Notes under the pieces: model-generated
The model's input: only the letters and a program-made list of their open reading frames with translations
What the model was told of the DNA's origin: nothing
Database searches by the model: none
Translations under genes and position numbers: made by a program
Shown here: positions 1 to 10,933 of the stretch, piece by piece
How positions within the stretch are numbered: the first letter of the stretch is position 1
Layout of the letters: each line of letters opens with the position of its first letter
Assembly (NCBI GenBank): GCA_030141605.1
Contig: JAQGDQ010000438.1
Coordinates: 102,029-166,028 of the forward strand
Direction: 5' to 3'
Length of the DNA stretch: 64,000 nucleotides
From: Tubiluchus corallicola
Taxonomy: Eukaryota > Animalia > Priapulida

Positions 1-585
1 ATCTTACTAAAACTGTTTTTATGAGAATTAATTTTTGGCATTTTAACAGTTTGGTATCTGGGTATAATGTAAAAGCATAGAGACCTAAACATGTTTACGT
101 TATTTTCTGGAAACTACATGCCACGTCATTAATTTGATTTGTGACATGAGTCACTAACAACGCTGCTACTGTTAATAAAGAGACTTCATAAAGCTACATA
201 AGGGTTTTAATTGTTTAGTGCAGCTGGTTTTAGCTTTATGAACTTCCGGCACCAGTACATATATTGTAATTTATGAGCAAATGTTCCCGCATGTGGTAAG
301 GAAAAAGACTGGGGTAAATTGTAATATCTGTTATAATTATTCGTATCAAAGACAGACGATTAAGTAAGACTTGGCTGGCGGCTAGTGAAATACCAGACCT
401 CTTTCAAGTTCGCTTACAATGAAGTTTATAAATAAGATCAGTGCATCGTTTGTTAATGTGATATTGATATGACGTCATAGCACGAAAACAGTCTTCAAGA
501 GCTGCATCAGTCTTAATGAGTTTAAATGTTTTTGACAACAATTGACCGCCTCCTTCATTCTCTATGGGCTCGTTTTGCTCAGAAA

Positions 586-896
<311 letters not shown>

Positions 897-1011
897 TTAT
901 CAGACTAAAGCATTCCTACGTGTAGATAAAAAATAGAAGTTTCCTGAACTTTCAATTTTTCACATAGCTTTTTAAAGTTGATTAATCACTTATTCGAAAC
1001 TTGAAACTTAC

Positions 1012-1081
1012 AATAATAACTGCAATGCGTGGTCCTTCCAGGATCCAAAATATGCGCAGTAAATTGTAACCAAACCAACAT
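1012..1081 (-). CDS. Pdfr: PDF receptor-like GPCR exon (ECL2 to start of TM5); gene continues beyond the left edge
   Basis: tgcAG/GTaagt; 70 nt encoding CWFGYNLLRIFWILEGPRIAVII (PDFR-type CWxGYN...WILEGPR). Not in the ORF track. Confidence 0.95.
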
Positions 1082-1566
1082 CTGCAAAATGCAAGGATTT
1101 GACTGTGAAAGCTGTGATCAAGCATTCTGATCTGAGCAACTCTGCATATACATAGGTCAAGTTCTATACCTGCATACTGGCTGTGAAACAGGTTTTACTG
1201 ACTGTTTTTGCTTTCTAGTTTTTGCTCAATGTTCAGTGCAGCAGTTTTGCTACTCATGTTTTCTGTAGTTTAATAAACACTTTTCTGTTGTGTGCAGTGC
1301 AAATATTTATTATAGATTTTTGGTTCCTATTCATACTTCTCTGTGCCTAAACTCAATCATAACAAAGTGATTGAACAACAACTTCAAAAATGACTTTCAC
1401 ATGGCAAGTTGTAAACCCAAGAAGTGATAACTTCAGGTGCTTCCTCAAATATCCCTTTCGTTACTAATGGTTTCACGTTTTGTTCCATTTAAATAAATTA
1501 CACTTATCAGTATTTTAGCAAACTGTTCATATTATTCACACGTATTTTCTAAAGAAATTTTCTTAC

Positions 1567-1787
1567 ACCGTTCCCTTGTACAGCATTCCAGTTGTTATTG
1601 CCCAAGCACCCGTAAGAAAAATAGGACAACCCCATCCGACGAGATAATATATGATATAGTTTGGTTTGCCGCTAAACACTGCGATGACCACCAGGTTGTG
1701 CAGTGTGATGCCCTCTAGTAGGAACCACATGAACATGGCCGTCCGAGCATACTCTAGAAGCACGTAGAACATTTCACACAGGACTGG
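1567..1787 (-). CDS. Pdfr: PDF receptor-like GPCR exon (TM3-TM4)
   Basis: tacAG/GTaaga; 221 nt encoding PVLCEMFYVLLEYARTAMFMWFLLEGITLHN...GWGCP...; YVLLEYARTAMFMW is characteristic of PDFR. Confidence 0.96.
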
Positions 1788-1869
1788 CTGTAAAATAGAG
1801 AGAAAAATCTTAGAATAGTGATTTAACCAAGAGGCGTTTTATTGTCATTGTGATTCGTGCGAATCTAGG

Positions 1870-2105
1870 CAAAAAGTTACAATTAGAAAAGTTACAAGTA
1901 AAAAGTCACAATTAAAAAAGTCACAGGTAAAAATGTCACAGGTAAAAAGTCACAGGTAAAAAGGACACAGGTAAAAAGGTCACAGGTAAAAATGTCACAG
2001 AAAAAGAAATAACCCCAACACTAACCCTGACCCTTAACTTGTAATCCTAACCCTAAGTAGCCAAAATTAATTATGATTTTTTCCCTGTGACCTTTTTTCT
2101 TAGCC
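1870..2105 (+). mobile_element. Non-autonomous element with AAAGTCACAGG subrepeats and TAACCC-like tract (Helentron/HINE-like), short copy
   Basis: gtcacaggtaaaaa repeats, then ctaaccct tract, then an inverted cctgtgac; same layout as 16106-16790. Confidence 0.55.
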
Positions 2106-2267
2106 AACACTGTGGTTTTTTTTCACTGACGTTTTCCTTTGACTTTATCAACGATCACCATCGGTGCACCTTGGCTGAAATTCGTCATTGTTGTTTTTCA
2201 TTGTTATCATAGACGCCGTCACACATTTTGCTTCCCCTGCTACTGCTTACTTACTCCATGTACTTAC

Positions 2268-2692
2268 GTCATCATCATCAACATCATCATCATTATCATC
2301 ATCGCCACCACCACCATCACCACCACCCCCAGCACCATCATCATCATCATCGTCATCATCATCATCACATCATCGCCACCACCACCATCACCACCACCCC
2401 CACCATCATCATCATCATCGTCATCGTCATCATCGTCATCACATCATCATCATCATATCATCATCATCATCATCGCCACCACCATCACCACTACCATCAC
2501 CACCACTATCACCACCACCACCACCACCATCATCATCATCATCGTCATCATCATCATCATCATCATCATCATCGCCACCACCATCACCACCACCATCACC
2601 ACCACTATCATCACCACCACCACAACCACCACCATCATCATCATCATCATCGTCATCACATCATCATCATCACATCATCATCATCATCATCA

Positions 2693-2723
<31 letters not shown>

Positions 2724-2783
2724 TATCGTCATCGTCATCGTCATGATCATAAAATGGTCATTATCATCATCACCATCATCATC
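2268..2783. repeat. Compound (CAT/CAC/CGT)n microsatellite
   Basis: Visible trinucleotide runs. Confidence 0.97.
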
Positions 2784-3219
2784 GTTTCTCGACAGTTATA
2801 GGCATTGCTACAAAAACGAAACGAAAATTACAACAGAATATAGGTACATTATAATTTTCGCTGTAGTACTAGCCTCATGCTATTTTTGCTCCTTTTTAAT
2901 TATTACACAACCATAAACCGTGTCATTAGCACGAGATCCATTCTAGTAGTTTCAACTAACTCTTAAAATATTCATGTTGCCAGGTACTAAAGAAGCAGTC
3001 GTAAACCAACTCGTGTGTAAAAATAACTGAAAAAGCAATCCAAAGTACGATTGCAATGTTGAATATTAAAAACCCAATCGACCTTAGCTCCATCTTATTC
3101 CTACGCCCAGAGACAATTAATTTTGCAAATGTTGCTGTTATAACAACATAATTTACATTTATACGATAAATTATGCACAGATCGTAAATACAAATAAACT
3201 GGTTGGAATGAAGAATTAC

Positions 3220-3394
3220 CGTATTATCAATTCCAGTAACAGTTCTCGACTGCGTTGAGAAATCTAACGCTGGGCCGCTAGAACTAGATCTGGTGCGGTA
3301 TTGGTCACTATAAATGGTCAGTCGGATGACCACTTGTATTAGCATCGCAACAAATAAATGTCGATGTATTCGTGTTCGGCTACATTTCAAACTC
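3220..3394 (-). CDS. Pdfr: PDF receptor-like GPCR exon (ICL1, TM2, ECL1)
   Basis: tgcAG/GTaatt; 175 nt encoding SLKCSRTRIHRHLFVAMLIQVVIRLTIYSDQY...GIDNT, resembling insect PDFR RTxIHxNLFVAMxxQVIIRLTLYxDQ. Confidence 0.95.
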
Positions 3395-4169
3395 CTGCAA
3401 TAAATAATTTTAGAGATGAAAATTTCAATTCTTGGTGTTAAATTGCCTAAAAGAACCAATATTTCTCAGTAATTTTACTAGTTATTTTCTGAAAAGCTTT
3501 AACCAAGACCGGATTATGACCTTTGGGGCCCCCAAGCTAATTAAATTATGGGACCCCTCAGACGAAGTCACCGTGTTGAACATTTTTTATTCCTGATGTA
3601 TTTTAGCGATACTTACATAGCTTGAAGTAAACTTATTGCAAATTCTTTAAATAAACTAGAACCAGCTATATTTGATAAATTTATTAGCAGCGCCCCTTGG
3701 GGTCTCCCAAGCTTATTGGCCCTACTTTAGTAGCGAATGGTGAGAGGTTGGGTTTTTACATCCAACGACAGCGGGCAAATGACTGATTTTCAACAAAACG
3801 TCGGCGGTCATTCGTTGATTGGTCAGCTAGAAACAATGCGCGCGCACACTCACGAACATTCTTGGCATAACTATTCTAGCAATATAAAACTCATTACATT
3901 TTTTCAGTTGCTGAATTAAAATTGTAGTACACCACAAACAGTTATGTGGTGTTATCATGCAGCTTATTATGCATATACTTAAGAATGATGTAGACCTATT
4001 AAAATTGTGTACTTGTGAATTCTCCCTAATCGATTGCTCTAGTTAAATTGTCTATTACCTTATTGTATAAGAATGAGATTTGGGTGGCATGTAAAGACAT
4101 TTATTATATTCACTTTGTATCGAATAGATTTATTTCGCAATAAACATATACATATACATTACATGTGCA

Positions 4170-4605
4170 TCGATAATCAGTTTTTGTTAATACAAAAATA
4201 TGATACAATTCAAGAATTCTGCGCTAGAGACCTAAGAAGCTAGCTTATGGTAGGACACTAGAATTAGTTACGAGAAAAATTACAATATATACAGATACAA
4301 TATTACAATATATACAAATATAAATACGGGTGGGAAGTAATAAAAATATTATTATACTAGAGGGGAAGTTTTTGAAAATGAAAAACAACAAATTATGATT
4401 GAATGATTGAGTGATCAGTTATATGTTTCAAGTAAGTTTAATTTATAATTTTTTTTAAATATAGACAGCGAGCTGGCATTTTTAATAGCTGGAGCAATTG
4501 AATTCCATATGTAAGGGCCATTGTATTTAATAGAAAATTTTCTAACATTTGTGTTGCACTGTATGTAGTGATAGTTCAGTCTGTAACTCTGCCAGGTTAT
4601 ATGAT
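4170..4605 (-). mobile_element. LINE (L2/CR1/Crack-like) 3' fragment
   Basis: Encodes TNVRKFSIKYNGPYIWNSI...SLSIFKKNYK, a typical ORF2 C-terminus, followed by a 3'UTR. Confidence 0.75.
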
Positions 4606-4771
4606 TTGATTTGATTTGATCTATAAAACTACTTTTTCCGGAAAATTTTCGAGCTAAAACTGGGGGAACCTCTGCAACATAAATAAGTGACTCATGCGCC
4701 ACGTGACTTAACGCTAGCGAAAGTTAAACAGGTTCAGTAGAACAATACCTTAATTATTTAATTGATCTTAC

Positions 4772-4875
4772 CGAAAACAACAGAAGATTACAAGAGAGAC
4801 GAGGAGACATGCGAGGGAGATACTCAGTCCCACCATCTCCAGGATCCGAGTGTTTTCAGCCACTGCAATTTTCAA
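4772..4875 (-). CDS. Pdfr: PDF receptor-like GPCR exon (TM1)
   Basis: Polypyrimidine tract + AG, GTaag donor; 104 nt encoding LKIAVAENTRILEMVGLSISLACLLVSLVIFCCF(R). Not in the ORF track. Confidence 0.95.
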
Positions 4876-4943
4876 CTAAAAATAAAAAAAATGCAAGATT
4901 TCGATACATTCCGATATCTTAATGATTAAGAAAAATCGTTTCA

Positions 4944-5268
4944 TTTATTATTATTATTATTATTATTATCACTTTCAGTACAATATAATGACATTAAGCA
5001 CACAGTGACATCAAAATTATTACATCTACTGTATTAAATTGTTATGTTTCATACACTATCGTTATCATAAAAGAATAATTGTACTGCAGTGGGCTAGAGA
5101 AGCAAAGGCTTGTATAAGCCCACTGTCATGTGAACCCGATAAAAAAAGAATGGATGAGTGAACAAAAAAAAGAACTGGGAGAAAGGTTAGATCATACAGG
5201 AAGGGTAGAAGGATGTGTTAGTGGAAATGGTAGGAAGAAAGATAATAGATTGCGCTATGTTGACATCA
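4944..5268 (-). mobile_element. Non-LTR retroelement 3'UTR fragment with stem-loop and (AAT)n tail; family copy 1 of 3
   Basis: Near-identical inverted copies at 16980-17275 and 18783-19040; gtgggct...agcccac hairpin. Confidence 0.75.
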
Positions 5269-5649
5269 GCTCTAAAGATCTCTAAAGAGTTCAGAACACT
5301 ACGGCAGACAGTCATTGTCTGAAACAATGGTAGAAGATTAAGATTGTTTATTTATTTCCTTCAAGTCTTACAGTACAAGAGAGACATAATAATAATTTCG
5401 ACAATTAACAAACTAAGTAATTGTTAATAGTCTACTTAGTGCTAAAAAGAAAGGTTATTGTATGGTAGAAGTTTGGTGTATGCACCGCAAAAATATAGTA
5501 TCGCTACAGGCTACGTCATCTCTCTCCCGTTTCTCTGTCTCCCTCCTTTTTCTTTCTCTTTTTATTTCTTTTTCCTCTCCGTTTCTCACTCCCTCTTGTA
5601 TATGTGACTATATACTGCTGCATAAGTGTGCTAGGCCGGCTACTATATT

Positions 5650-8600
5650 GCTACAAGTTGACTACAAAAGTCTCTTAACTCTCCTTCCCTGCAAGTGCTA
5701 CAGGTGCTACAAGTTGACTACAAAAGTCTCTTAACTCTCTTTCCCTGCAGTTGCTACAGGTGCTACAAGTTGACTACAAAAGTCTCTTAACTCTCTTTCC
5801 CTGCAGTTGCTACAGGTGCTACAAGTTGACTACAAAAGTCTCTTAACTCTCCATCCCTGCAAGTGCTACAGGTGCTACAAGTTGACTACAAAAGTCTCTT
5901 AACTCTCCTTCCCTGCAAGTGCTACAGGTGCTACAAGTGGACTACAAAAGTCTCTTAACTCTCGTTCACTGCAAGTGCTACAGATGCTACAAGTTGACTA
6001 CAAAAGTCTCTTAACTCTCTTTCCCTGCAGTTGCTACAGGTGCTACAAGTTGACTACAAAAGTCTCTTAACTCTCTTTCCCTGCAGTTGCTACAGGTGCT
6101 ACAAGTTGACTACAAAAGTCTCTTAACTCTCTTTCACTGCAGTTGCTACAGGTGCTACAAGTTAACTACAAAAGTCTCTTAATTCTCCTTCCCTGCAGTT
6201 GCTACAGGTGCTACAAGTTGACTACAAAAATCCTCTTAACTCTCTTTCCCTGCAGTTGCTACAGGTGCTACAAGTTGACTACAAAAGTCTCTTAACTCTC
6301 TTTCACTGCAGTTGCTACAGTTGCTACAAGTTGACTACAAAAGTCTCTTAACTCTCCATGCAGTTGCTACAGGTGCTACAAGTTGACTACAAAAGTCTCT
6401 TAACTCTCTTTACCTGCAAGCGCTACAGGTGCTAAAAGTTGACTACAAAAATCTCTTAACTCTCCTTCCCTGCAAGTGCTACAGGTGCTACAAGTTGACT
6501 ACAAAAGTCTCTTAACTCTCTTTCCCTGCAAGCGCTACAGGTGCTACAAGTTGACTACAAAAGTCTCTTAATTCTCCTTCCCTGCAAGCGCTACAGGTGC
6601 TACAAGTTGACTACAAAAGTCTCTTAACTCTCTTTCCCTGCAAGTGCTACAGGTGCTACAAGTTGACTACAAAAGTCTCTTAACTCTCTTTCCCTGCAAG
6701 CGCTACAGGTGCTACAAGTTGACTACAAAAGTCTCTTAACTCTCCTTCCCTGCAAGCGCTACAGGTGCTACAAGTTGACTACAAAAGTCTCTTAACTCTC
6801 TTTCCCTGCAAGTGCTACAAGTGCTACAAGTTGACTGCAAAAGTCTCTTAACTCTCTTTCCCTGCAGTTGCTACAGGTGCTACAAGTTGACTACAAAAGT
6901 CTCTTAACTCTCCTTCCCTGCAAGCGCTACAGGTGCTACAAGTTGACTACAAAAGTCTCTTAACTCTCCTTCCCTGCACGCGCTACAGGTGCTACAAGTT
7001 GACTATAAAAGTCTCTTAACTCTCCTTCCCTGCAAGTGCTACAAGTGCTACAAGTTGACTATAAAAGTCTCTTAACTCTCTTTCCCTGCAGTTGCTACAG
7101 GTGCTACAAGTTGACTACAAAAGTCTCTTAACTCTCCTTCCCTGCAAACGCTACAGGTGCTACAAGTTGACTACAAAAGTCTCTTAACTCTCCTTCTCTG
7201 CAAGCGCTACAGGTGCTACAAGTTGACTACAAAAGTCTCTTAACTCTCTTTCCCTGCAAGTGCTACAAGTGCTACAAGTTGACTACAAAAGTCTCTTAAC
7301 TCTCTTTCCCTGCAGTTGCTACAGGTGCTACAAGTTGACTACAAAAGTCTCTTAACTCTCCTTCCCTGCAAACGCTACAGGTGCTACAAGTTAACTACAA
7401 AAATCTCTTAACTCTCTTTCCCTGCAAGCGCTACAGATGCTACAAGTTGACTACAAAAGTCTCTTAACTCTCCTTCTCTGCAAGCGCTACAGCTGCTACA
7501 AGTTGACTACAAAAGTCTCTTAATTCTCCTTCCCTGCAGTTGCTACAGGTGCTACAAGTTGACTACAAAAATCCTCTTAACTCTCTTTCCCTGCAGTTGC
7601 TACAGGTGCTACAAGTTGACTACAAAAGTCTCTTAACTCTCTTTCACTGCAGTTGCTACAGTTGCTACAAGTTGACTACAAAAGTCTCTTAACTCTCCAT
7701 GCAGTTGCTACAGGTGCTACAAGTTGACTACAAAAGTCTCTTAACTCTCTTTCCCTGCAAGCGCTACAGGTGCTAAAAGTTGACTACAAAAATCTCTTAA
7801 CTCTCCTTCCCTGCAAGTGCTACAGGTGCTACAAGTTGACTACAAAAGTCTCTTAATTCTCCTTCCCTGCACGCGTTACAGGTGCTACAAGTTGACTACA
7901 AAAGTCTCTTAACTCTCTTTCCCTGCAAGCGCTACAGGTGCTAAAAGTTGACTACAAAAGTCTCTTAACTCTCCTTCCCTGCAAGCGCTACAGGTGCTAC
8001 AAGTTGACTACAAAAGTCTCTTAACTCTTCTTCCCTGCACGCGTTACAGGTGCTACAAGTTGACTACAAAAGTCTCTTAACTCTCCTTCCCTGCAAGCGC
8101 TACAGGTGCTACAAGTTGACTACAAAAGTCTCTTAACTCTCCTTCCCTGCAAGTGCTACAGATGCTACAAGTTGACTACAAAAGTCTCTTAACTCTCCTT
8201 CCCTGCAAGCGCTACAGGTGCTACAAGTTGACTACAAAAGTCTCTTAACTCTCCTTCCCTGCACGCGTTACAGGTGCTACAAGTTGACTACAAAAGTCTC
8301 TTAACTCTCCTTCCCTGCAAGCGCTACAGGTGCTACAAGTGACTAAAAAGTCTCTTAACTCTTCCCTGCAAGTGCTACAAGTGCTACAAGTTGACTAAAA
8401 AGTCTCTTAACCCTTCCCGCAGTTGCTACAGGTGCTACAAGTTACTACAAAAGTCTCTTAACTCTCCTTCCTGCAAACGCTACAGGTGCTACAAGTTGAC
8501 TACAAAGTCTCTTAACTCTCCTTCTCTGCAAGCTACAGGTGCTACAAGGACTACAAAAGTCTAACCTTTTCCCTGCAAGTGCTACAAGTGCTACAAGTTG

Positions 8601-8993
8601 ACTACAAAAGTCTCTTAACTCTCTTTCCCTGCAGTTGCTACAGGTGCTACAAGTTGACTACAAAAGTCTCTTAACTCTCCTTCCCTGCAAACGCTACAGG
8701 TGCTACAAGTTAACTACAAAAGTCTCTTAACTCTCTTTCCCTGCAAGCGCTACAGATGCTACAAGTTGACTACAAAAGTCTCTTAACTCTCCTTCTCTGC
8801 AAGCGCTACAGCTGCTACAAGTTGACTACAAAAGTCTCTTAACTCTCTTTCCCTGCAAGCGCTACAGGAGCTACAAGTTGACTACAAAAGTCTCTTAACT
8901 CTCCTTCTCTGCAAGCGCTACAGCTGCTACAAGTTGACTACAAAAGTCTCTTAACTCTCCTTCCCTGCAAGCGCTACAGGTGCTACAAGTTGA
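5650..8993. repeat. 56-bp minisatellite, ~60 units, in a Pdfr intron
   Basis: Unit gctacaagttgactacaaaagtctcttaactctctttccctgcagttgctacaggt; period measured 5650 to 5706. Confidence 0.97.
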
Positions 8994-9124
8994 CAAAACT
9001 GTCTAAAAACGAGTAGAGAATACCATATTTCAGTAGGTAGTAATATAAACAGGTATATAATAGGTAAATTTGAGCGTTCAAACGAGTATAATTAACTAAA
9101 TTTAAATTATTAACATTATATTAC

Positions 9125-9279
9125 ATGTGGATTTGGATGACTGTAGACTTTGTGTAACACATCCCTAACTTCTTTACTGTAACAGCCATTGTAATTGGTC
9201 CAGCCTCTGGGGTTGCTATAGTTACCAGGTTCAGAACCCTGCCATAGGCCGACATCGGCGCATGTTTTGTAGGCAAATT
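9125..9279 (-). CDS. Pdfr: PDF receptor-like GPCR exon (ectodomain, GWTNY-C motif)
   Basis: tgtAG/GTaat; 155 nt encoding FAYKTCADVGLWQGSEPGNYSNPRGWTNYNGCYSKEVRDVLHKVYSHPNPH; phases match neighbouring exons. Confidence 0.95.
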
Positions 9280-9673
9280 CTACAAGACAACGTAAACAAA
9301 AAAAATAAGACACACACGAAAGCGATACGTTAGTCCCAAATGAAATTGATTACATATGATTTTTAATACGTAATTAAATTAATGGTTCACAGATTGAGCA
9401 AAAGTAGTATTTTGAGAATTATAAGATAATATTTTGAAAATCAGACAGTGCTCTTCAGAGACTTGCCATGGTCATAATCGTAAAGAAGTCAAAGTGCCAT
9501 TAAGTCTCAAAAAAAATTATCTTTCATCGAAGCTTTCGTTTGTGAAAGCTGAAGGCTGAATTTTTTTTATTATATCTCTGCCTTACAGCTGATGAACTCA
9601 CTGAAGGACGAAAGCTTCTGTGAAAATTAATTTTTTTCGGACGTAATAGACACTTTGATTTCTTTACGATCAA

Positions 9674-10019
9674 CCCTTTCATACCCGTTGTATCCCGTGG
9701 GATACGAGAATATTTTCTGCCTTTAAAATTAATAAAACTGACAGTTATTTGCTCTGTTAATAGTTATTTTGATTTAAGCCAAAAACAATAGACTAAAAAT
9801 GGTGATAAAATGGCAAACTAGAAAATCTGCATAGCATAAAAAACTGCGCAAGGTACAATACTTTAGAGACGACTTTGTACAGATCAGCATAGCATGCATA
9901 CTAAATGTCTTATAATGTTAAAAAAATAATTATTATGTGTAAACAAGATGGACATACTGAACAAAAGTACCAAGCCAAAAAAATTTTTCTCATTAAAAAA
10001 TAATTTGGGACTGAAAGGG
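9674..10019 (+). mobile_element. piggyBac-like MITE, internally deleted copy
   Basis: CCCTTTCATACCC...GGGACTGAAAGGG termini with TCAA/TTAA flanks; lacks an internal block present in the other three copies. Confidence 0.85.
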
Positions 10020-10268
10020 TTAAGATAATAGTTTATTTAATAAAAATTGCAGCAAAACCTGGATTAAAGCTGGATTTAGAACAAGATTGAATTATTCTAA
10101 ACACAGTTGATACACATCATTTAAAATTGGTAAAACACAAAATTTTAACATTTTAAGCACGAAATTTAAAGGTTACTAAACAGAATCTTTCTCGATTAGT
10201 ATGTCTTCAGTTCGTTTGTACGATTATCCTGTTTGTGAATGTCGTTTATTCTAATTACTTGCACTTAC

Positions 10269-10376
10269 GAGTGACATCCAGTCCCTTAAGAGGAGGACAA
10301 TTAAGTTTGATAGTCTCGCCGGCAGGTGCCGCTGGCCAACAAAGAAGTGTATCCCACGTCGCATTGCAATAAAGAC
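10269..10376 (-). CDS. Pdfr: PDF receptor-like GPCR exon (hormone-binding domain)
   Basis: taAG/GTaagt; 108 nt encoding LYCNATWDTLLCWPAAPAGETIKLNCPPLKGLDVT, the class B CxxxWDxxxCWP...CP motif. Not in the ORF track. Confidence 0.95.
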
Positions 10377-10464
10377 CTTAACGACAAAAATATGCGTATT
10401 TTTATTTAGAATTGAAATGGCTGAAAACATGTAGGGAAGTTAAGCCTGTATCAAAATGATTATA

Positions 10465-10933
10465 CAGGGTGTCTCAAAAGTCACTATACACGTTGACTTC
10501 TAATTTCCAATCTCGGCAAGCATTTACATGAATCAAAAGAAGCTTTTGCGAATTTTTTTTGTTTATTTTTTGACCGAACCCCGTTGCTATGGCAACGACA
10601 CGCACGTCATTCAGTCACCAACTGAAATTCAGCGCACTGTATGAACCACACCATTCTCTCACTATCAACAATGTGTTTTTTCAACAATTCATGGGCGTGA
10701 GAGACTCTTAAATTCAAGATGCCAGACTTGCCATTGGATTGATCTCTGAAGCTCTTGAGGTCCCTGAAGAAGATAATGAAAGTAACAAAGCCCACTTGTG
10801 CAGTAGCTCTTTTCAGATTTTTGTCCAATTTGACAAAAAAACTGCCAGATGTTTTAATTTGTCTCTACCAACTTTAAATGTTTGTTAAAATGTAAAAAAA
10901 TGTACAGTGTATAGTGACTTCTGAGACACCCTG
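10465..10933. mobile_element. Tc1/mariner-type MITE
   Basis: TA|CAGGGTGTCTCAAAAGTCACTATACA ... TGTATAGTGACTTCTGAGACACCCTG|TA; 26-bp TIR with one mismatch and TA TSD. Confidence 0.9.
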
